Source: Octopus vulgaris (Eukaryota). From it: DNA of 64,000 bases. The notes under the pieces are model-generated. The model did no database searches. It saw only the letters and a program-made list of their open reading frames with translations, and had not been told where the DNA came from. The translations under genes and the position numbers were made by a program. Within the stretch, counting starts at the first letter, position 1; each line of letters begins with the position of its first letter. The stretch covers positions 64,108,001-64,172,000 of the forward strand of contig OX597814.1 in NCBI GenBank assembly GCA_951406725.2. The letters run 5' to 3'. Below, in pieces: positions 55,500 through 64,000 of the stretch.

Positions 55500-57310
55500 T
55501 CACTTGGGGGTACGTCTAGATTTCTATTATCTACTGTGTGTTAATGAAGTGATAAATGTTACTAAAAGTGAAATGAACATGTTAACTGCATATGTAACAA
55601 GAGCATTTTATTTATGTAAGTGAGATGGACAATAAACACAGACTAACAAAATGGCCAGAAAGAACGGGTATGAGAGTTGTTCGGAGGATCAGCGGAGTAT
55701 AGTACAAGTGATTGAAAACTCTAGAGCACAAATCAAAATCATTTGGCAAGCAGTCTAGATAGACTTCAAGAGTGAATGGTGTAAATTTTATCATTGGCAT
55801 ATGAATGATATTGATAAATGTCAAGTTCCATATTGCCTTTGTAAACTGTTCAAATATTTTTGCCTTTTGAAAACTAGAAAAACTGATTAATAAACCATGT
55901 GAAAAGTGTTTGTCACCAGAAAGTAATGACGATGGTGTGAATAGGTTATCCAACGAATGCAATGCACAAAATGCCCACCTAATATCCCACAGTAACAACT
56001 CAGTTGTTCGCTATTTAATAATACATAGTCCAACGTATTCACCGAAAACAAATCACTGTAACTGAAGCGAAGCTCCTAATATTTACGAGGGCAACTATTT
56101 TTAATTTCTGTATCCTGGTTGTCTACGAGAAATACTAAAAAGTTCATTAGATGCATATTTACAGTGGAAATTATTTATTACTGAAAATTCTTCAGCTAGC
56201 GTTTGAGGTTGCTCTTGGAAATAGCAAATGATGGGAAAAAATGTTACGGATATTCATCTACTGCTGATCAAACGTCAATTGTCTGAATTATTGAGCAAAT
56301 GGCAAAATGCTTTAGATTTCTGTTTGATCGAAAAACCCAAGTCTTTCAGCAGATTTTATGTTACGCCTTCTACTGAAGAAAACGTTCTTTATCAATTAGT
56401 CCGAGACTGTACTCCAAGAGCTCGAGCTGAAATTTGACATGACTGTTGGCGCAGCAAATTTGAACCGTGTTTAAAGAGATTTCGCAACAAAATCAAGGTG
56501 TTTTCATTTTCTATCCAAGTTCATTGTTATGGATGCCTACTAAATTTTATTTTCTAAGATATGATGATAGGTGCTAAACGACTCCATTATGTTTAGGAAT
56601 TAATCGAGGCAAATCGACATTTTTTAAAGTATCAGTTATCACAGAGAAAGTACTGCGGACACATACATCTCAAAGTGTATCAACACAGTCTTGAAGATAA
56701 AAAAAATGCATGAGGAGCAAACCACGAAATATATACAGATAGCAGTGTATTATGGAATAGCCCCAGCAAAAATCCCTAGGAAAAGATTGTAGATGTTATT
56801 ACAGTTAGAACAGCTGCAACAATGAAACTCCTAACTTCAGAAAAACAGAAATCTTTGAAAGCATTTGGAAATATATAATAATGTTGATGCAACTCTAAAT
56901 GAAATCTTCCAAGGCATACAATTCTCATTCAAGGAGGTAAGAATCCCACGAAGAAAAATGTGTTTCGTCGATTGAAAACCCTGGTTGGTAAATTAGCAAC
57001 AGAAGTGTGACTGAATCAAACTTCCAAAAACTTCCATTATCTAATCCTCTATTATTTCATCTTCGATGCAACTGGAATCATGGACTTGACTATATTATCC
57101 TCAATACTGATACGTCAGGTAATTCAGATAAGCGCTGTCAAAATGTTACATCACATTATGGTGTTGCACTGTGTTTCATAAAAACAGGAAGAACGATACG
57201 CTACATAACATTTGTTAGGTAGCATACACATGTATCAAGTTCACAGACAACTGCAACTGGTTTTACTAAAACTGCTTCAGAGAACGCTTTTCAACGTGTA
57301 ATTTTAGGTG
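55500..57310 (+). mobile_element. Very degenerate DNA transposon remnant, possibly Academ-like
   Basis: Broken frames with IILNTDT and LCFIKTGRTIRYI-like segments; weak resemblance only. Confidence 0.3.
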
Positions 57311-57370
57311 TAACAAAACCACTGTATATGTGTGTGTGTATATATATATGTAACTATGTAAATATGTATA

Positions 57371-58696
57371 CACGAGGTGGTATCAAAATGTTCCAGGACT
57401 AGTTAAGTTTGATAAAAAAAATATCTTATTTACCTAAGTCTTAACATAATCTCCTTCGAAATAGTCACCCTGCGCAATGATACACCGGTCCCAGCGTTTC
57501 TGCCACTTTTGGAACCCAGCCTGAAAGTTATTTTCCGTGAGTGAGTCGAGAACTTTCTGCAATTCGCTCTTGATTTCGACATCGGTGTTAAAACGGCGAC
57601 CTTTGAGTTGCATTTTCATCTTAGTGAAAGCCCGGAAGCCTACATGTGCTAAATCTGGCGAATAGAATGGTTGCAGAAGCGATACCATGTTGTTTTTGGC
57701 GAGAAACTCACGAGTGAGGTGAGCTCGGTGACAGGGTGTATTGTCGTCGTGAAGAATCCAATTCTTCACGCTACTCAGATCCAGCCACTTGCACCGAATG
57801 TCCTGCCTCAAACGCTTCAGAACGTCGCAGTAGGACTTTCGACTGACAATCTGACCCAGGTGGAGTGGGGTAGAGGGCGAATTCCCGATGCACAATAGCG
57901 CGGATATTGGAAAAACGATGAGCATGCTCTTGATTGAACTCCAGCTCTGTCATGCTTCCTTCGGTCGTGGAGATTGAAGGGTGCTTCCGTTGTGATGACT
58001 GCTGCTTCGTTTCAGGGTCGTACCTGTAGACCAAACTCAAGTCACCGGGAATGATCCTCAACGCGACGAATGGGTCATCAGCGGCACGCCGTTGGAGATT
58101 TTGACAGACTTCGACTCGATGTTCATTCTGCTCAGTGGTTAGCAGGCGGAGTGGTGCAGTCTTCATAGAGACACGCCGCATGCTCAATTCAGGCTCCAAG
58201 ATTGCCTGCACGGAGCCATACGACAGACCAACAACATCAGCAATGTCAATGATTTTCCTCCGACGACTAATGGATTTTCTCCTTATTGCCAAGGGTGACA
58301 CTTGTGGCAGGTCTTCCAGATCGCTCATCGTCTTCCAAGGACGTTCTTCCGCTTTTGAAGTACCCGAGCCACTCAAAACATTGCGTATGACCCATTGCCT
58401 CGTCGCCGTAAGCTTGCTGGAGCATGTTCAATTTTTCTGTAGCAGACTTCCCAAATTTAACGCAAAATTTCACGTTGGCTCTTTGTTCCAACTTCCTGTC
58501 CATGACAAAATCGCTGACTACAGCATATACATGATCACAAAAACACAAATTTTACAACTTGCGAAGTAAACACATTAATGCCATCGGCACACTGCCTAAT
58601 GAAGGTCACTACTGGCTCTCACTGCGCACGCAACCATATGCTGCCATCTGTTAGCGCGCTACAGAACTAGTCCGGTAACTTTTTGAGACCACCTTC

Positions 58697-58697
<1 letters not shown>
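57371..58697 (-). mobile_element. Near full-length degenerate mariner element
   Basis: EQRANVKFCVKFGKSATE, YRYDPETKQQS, WILHDDNTPCH, YSPDLA, RCIIAQGDYFEG; TIRs gaggtggtatcaaaa..actagt / actagt..tttttgagaccacct. Confidence 0.92.
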
Positions 58698-58755
<58 letters not shown>

Positions 58756-59867
58756 AAAACCATAAGGACACAGAATGCTTGTGCCACATAGCCAACTGGA
58801 AACTGGGGCTAAATAGCAGTAGCATTCTTCCCTTTCCTGGGACTGCCACATTAAGTATATATATATTATATAAAATTCGTTCTGTCTATCTCTGTGTGTG
58901 TGTCTTCTAGGATCTCGGGCATCCTATATCCGATTGCGCTCAAATTTGATATGTAGATACCGACCGTATCAGGGCGTGTATAAGTCTTGAAAATATTACA
59001 AAAATCGATTCTAGGTGAGAATGCGATCGATAAAGCTGTGGGAACGTGCATTCGTACGCGCAAGTACATCAGCTGTTGCGATGTACTTACTGGTACTTTA
59101 AACTCTTCGGTTGCATTTGTGTGAATAAAATCACTTTTCTTTGGAATAGAAAAAAGTCTATCTTTATTTCTTCTTTTGCTGGTTTCTCAAATTTAGGTTA
59201 AATCAGTGTTTCTCAAAGGGGAGGCCTATGGGACGGTCGGACAATTGTTTTGAGAAAATTTGGTTTAAATGTTTGACAACTCAACACCGTCCATTGGACG
59301 GTGTGGGCGTTTTGCTCGTGTATGTATATATATATATATATATATATATGTCTATATATACACACACACACATACATACATACATATATGTATAAGTATG
59401 AATATATACACCTATGCATGTATATGCATGCATCTATGTGTGTCATTGTGCTGGCCACCTAACCACTTGACAAACAGTGTTGGTTTGCTAATGTCTCCGT
59501 AACTTAACTGTTTGGAGAACTAGTCGATTGAATACGAACCACACTTAGAAAATAAGGACTGAGGCAATTAGCTGGACTAAATCTTGAAACCGGTGCCCTA
59601 GCACGGTTGCAGTAGGTGAGTGTGTGGTTCTTATAATGATGGGACCTATTTTCATTGAGAGTTACGGGATCGATTGTGGGTACTCACCTTGCTTGTTACA
59701 GTCCCAGTTGCGTTTAAAATGTATCCCATCGTTATGAGACACCCAGTATGTGTGTATGTTCTTTTCCCTTTTTTTAATTATTTGAAATCTTCTTGTAAGA
59801 AAGGAACTTGATTCTAACAAAGACACAAAGCTGAAATATGTATGTATGCATGTATGTGTGTATATAT

Positions 59868-60062
<195 letters not shown>

Positions 60063-60090
60063 TATATATGTATGTGTGTATATATATGTG

Positions 60091-60122
<32 letters not shown>

Positions 60123-61325
60123 CATATATATATACATATATATAATATCAAAACATAATCACCCCAAAAATACCAGTCTGCATTAAAATATATAAAGATG
60201 GAATTGTAACAAAATATACAAAATATAAATACAATCTTTACATATAATTTAAATTCTAAATGTTTACATGTAACAACAACAGATTATCTTCTATTTTTTT
60301 CAATACATGTCTGAAAGAACAAGTCGTTTCACATACGTTTGTGTAAGTGTATTTGTGTCCATTATTCCTTACTATATGAAAATGTTTTCCATAAAATTAA
60401 CTTACAATTTTCATTGTGAAGCTATAAAACGGTACCTAGTTTCTTCCCCTTTATACATATAATTATACATCCATGCAGGTATTCAAAGAAAGGTATGCGT
60501 ATATTTGTTTCTCTTTGAATGTTTTGGCGTCATTTTATTTTCCTCTTGCATTGTTGCTATGGTAATCTATCACAAATGTCGACGTCGTCGTCGTCAGTTT
60601 CCAATACGCTTCTTCATTGAGATGGTGGTGTCGATGGTGTCGATGGTGGTGCTGGCGGAGATGGCGGCAGCGGTGATCGTTTGTTTTGTCGGTTGTAGCG
60701 ATGAAAACGGCGGCGGCGACTATTGTGGTGGTCAAGATGAGGGTAGTGGTGGTGGTGGTGGTGATAGTAGTGGTGGTGGTGGTGATGATGGTGGTGGTGG
60801 TGGTGGTGATGGTGATGGTGGTTGTCGTGGTTGTATTCCGTTGATTGTGTTGTTCGTGGTAATGGTAGCGTTTCTGTTATTGAAGTTGGTGTGAGTGGGG
60901 GTAGAGGTTGTTGTACTTGTGGCTGTGGTGGCGGTAATGCTGATGACGGTGGTGGTGATGCTTGTAACTGTTGTCTTGTTAGTCGCGGTGATGTCTGTGG
61001 AATCTGCGGTGATGGCGGTGGTGCTGGAGGTGGCTGTTTAGGCGACAACTTTGATGTCATTCCTTCATAATATAGCAAAGATGTGAAGTGATGAGTTCTC
61101 TCTATTTACAGACTAATGAGCAGCTAATGGCCTTACATAGTCTTTGGTGTCACAATTTAACATTCAGTTGCATTTACATTGCCAGAGATGGGAATGAAGA
61201 TGCGGCTGCACAGACACATGAGGCATATGATATAATATGCAAGCAGGCTATGAGAAATTCTAAACAACTCTGAAGTTACTGATCTCTACTCTACAATATA
61301 TAAACAAGAACTACTTTGGTGCTGC

Positions 61326-61375
61326 TTAGATGACATCCTTAGCTTTCGGAGAGGATTTCTTCTGTTTCTTCTTCT
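61326..61375 (-). CDS. Possible terminal coding exon of a minus-strand gene entering from beyond the window
   Basis: Strong acceptor ttttttttgttgttttctctttaag|. Frames give KKKQKKSSPKAKDVI*, EEETEEILSES* or RRRNRR..; followed by UTR-like sequence. Frame undetermined. Confidence 0.3.
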
Positions 61376-61595
61376 CTTAAAGAGAAAACAACAAAAAAAA
61401 ATTAAATAAACCATGATAAAGACAGTTATGTAATATTGGCTTTCAACGTTGGGAAAATTAATATACATGCACACACGCGTAGATGCAAACACACACACAC
61501 ACACACAGACACACACACACACACACGCGCGCGCACACACATATACATTTACAAAATTCAGGCAAACAGATACAAGATGTACCCTGAATTTCAAT

Positions 61596-61646
<51 letters not shown>

Positions 61647-61830
61647 ATAGAGTTTAATACCAAATCCATCTTCTTGTTAATTAATATCATATATACATAC
61701 ACACATATATACACGCACGTACTTACATATGTATGTGTGTGTGTGTGCATTTACCCCCACATAAATATCATTGTTGTTTTTGATGATGATGTTATTGTTG
61801 TTTAGACCCACATCAGTCCAGGTTAAACAG

Positions 61831-61909
<79 letters not shown>

Positions 61910-61956
61910 TAATAATAATAATAATAATGATAATAATAATAATAATAATAATAATA

Positions 61957-62628
61957 GCACCTGCAGAATATAAAGCAAGACATGACAGAGTCGGCCAGTA
62001 TTTACATTGGACAATATGTCGGTATTATAAAACCAAAACCGCTGACAAATGGTATAAACACCATCATGAAGCTGTGACTGAGGGAGAAAATGTGTCGATT
62101 CTATGGGACTTCCCCGTACAGACCGACAGGACTATAAAAGCTAATAAACCGGATATTATCATAAAAGATCAGACAAAAAAGATGTGTTTATTAATTGACA
62201 TGAGTATCCCTTGCGATCACATTATAGCGGCGAAAGAATTTGACAAGATTGGTGAATATAAAGACCTGCTAATAGAAATTGAAAAAATGTGGCATCTCAA
62301 GGCGACTACAGTACCAATGATTGTAGGATCTCTAGGAATGATAAAAAAAGGTACTGAAACCTATTTGAAAGTGATTCCAGGATTACCATCCCTACAGGAA
62401 GTGCAAAAAATCGTACTAACTGGAACGGCTCATGTACTGAGAAGAGCATTATCGCTGTGAAAACAACATCCATCCATGAATTTATTTATTTATTAATTTT
62501 TAAGTACATATTTATCTGTGAATTTGCGTGTGTAATCTGGGAATGCATACAATGAGCTTCTCTGTCCTAGGTGTATGGAAAACACTCGGCGAGAAACGGA
62601 AGAAAATTTGAAGAAAGAAGGAAAAACC

Positions 62629-62629
<1 letters not shown>
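61957..62629 (+). mobile_element. Dong/R4-clade non-LTR retrotransposon 3' end inserted in (TAA)n
   Basis: Open frame YKARHDRV..ILWDFPVQTDRTIKANKPDIII..LLIDMSIP..KIVLTGTAHVLRRAL* (RLE nuclease); (TAA)n on both sides. Confidence 0.92.
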
Positions 62630-62670
<41 letters not shown>

Positions 62671-62674
62671 TAAT

Positions 62675-63748
<1,074 letters not shown>

Positions 63749-63752
63749 TCTT

Positions 63753-63842
<90 letters not shown>

Positions 63843-64000
63843 ATGATAATAAAAAAAAAATATATATAATGGGACAAGAACGCAAAACATCCAGATAGAC
63901 GATACAAAAAAAAAAAGGAAGGGGCATTCGAAGCCTTTAATCTTCAGTCAAGAACCGGATCATCCTCGCAATTTCGGCTGATTAATCTTGAGATTGCTCC

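Noticed and set aside
60614-61078. Pro/His-rich 154-aa ORF and the Gly/Cys-rich antisense ORFs
   Set aside because: Degenerate triplet repeat open in several frames on both strands; no convincing splice or domain support.

Overview
AT-rich, microsatellite-saturated animal DNA. The SINE repertoire resembles coleoid cephalopod (Octopus-like) sequence; this attribution is an inference. Two spliced genes can be assembled by hand. (1) On +, the last five coding exons of a pappalysin-1/PAPP-A-like metalloprotease (CCP2-5 plus LNR3; 1065-12853). (2) On -, a complete five-exon gene (45220->32653) that the ORF track shows only in part, encoding a 195-aa type I membrane protein with signal peptide, one TM helix and an acidic FAM174-like tail. 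A possible terminal exon of a third (-) gene lies near 61.3 kb. The rest is transposon material: a young CR1-like LINE, Tx1/L1, R4/Dong, RTE, Tc1/mariner, Chapaev3, Helitron, MITE/foldback elements, several tRNA-derived SINE families and a tRNA-Asp pseudogene. The most notable hidden layer is at least six Penelope-type minimal hammerhead ribozyme motifs. Two of them have intact cores and lie sense-oriented in introns, each followed by a variant-core partner. There is also a four-copy structured module with an invariant 33-nt core. Most listed ORFs are microsatellite artefacts. All structures were folded by eye and no searches were run.
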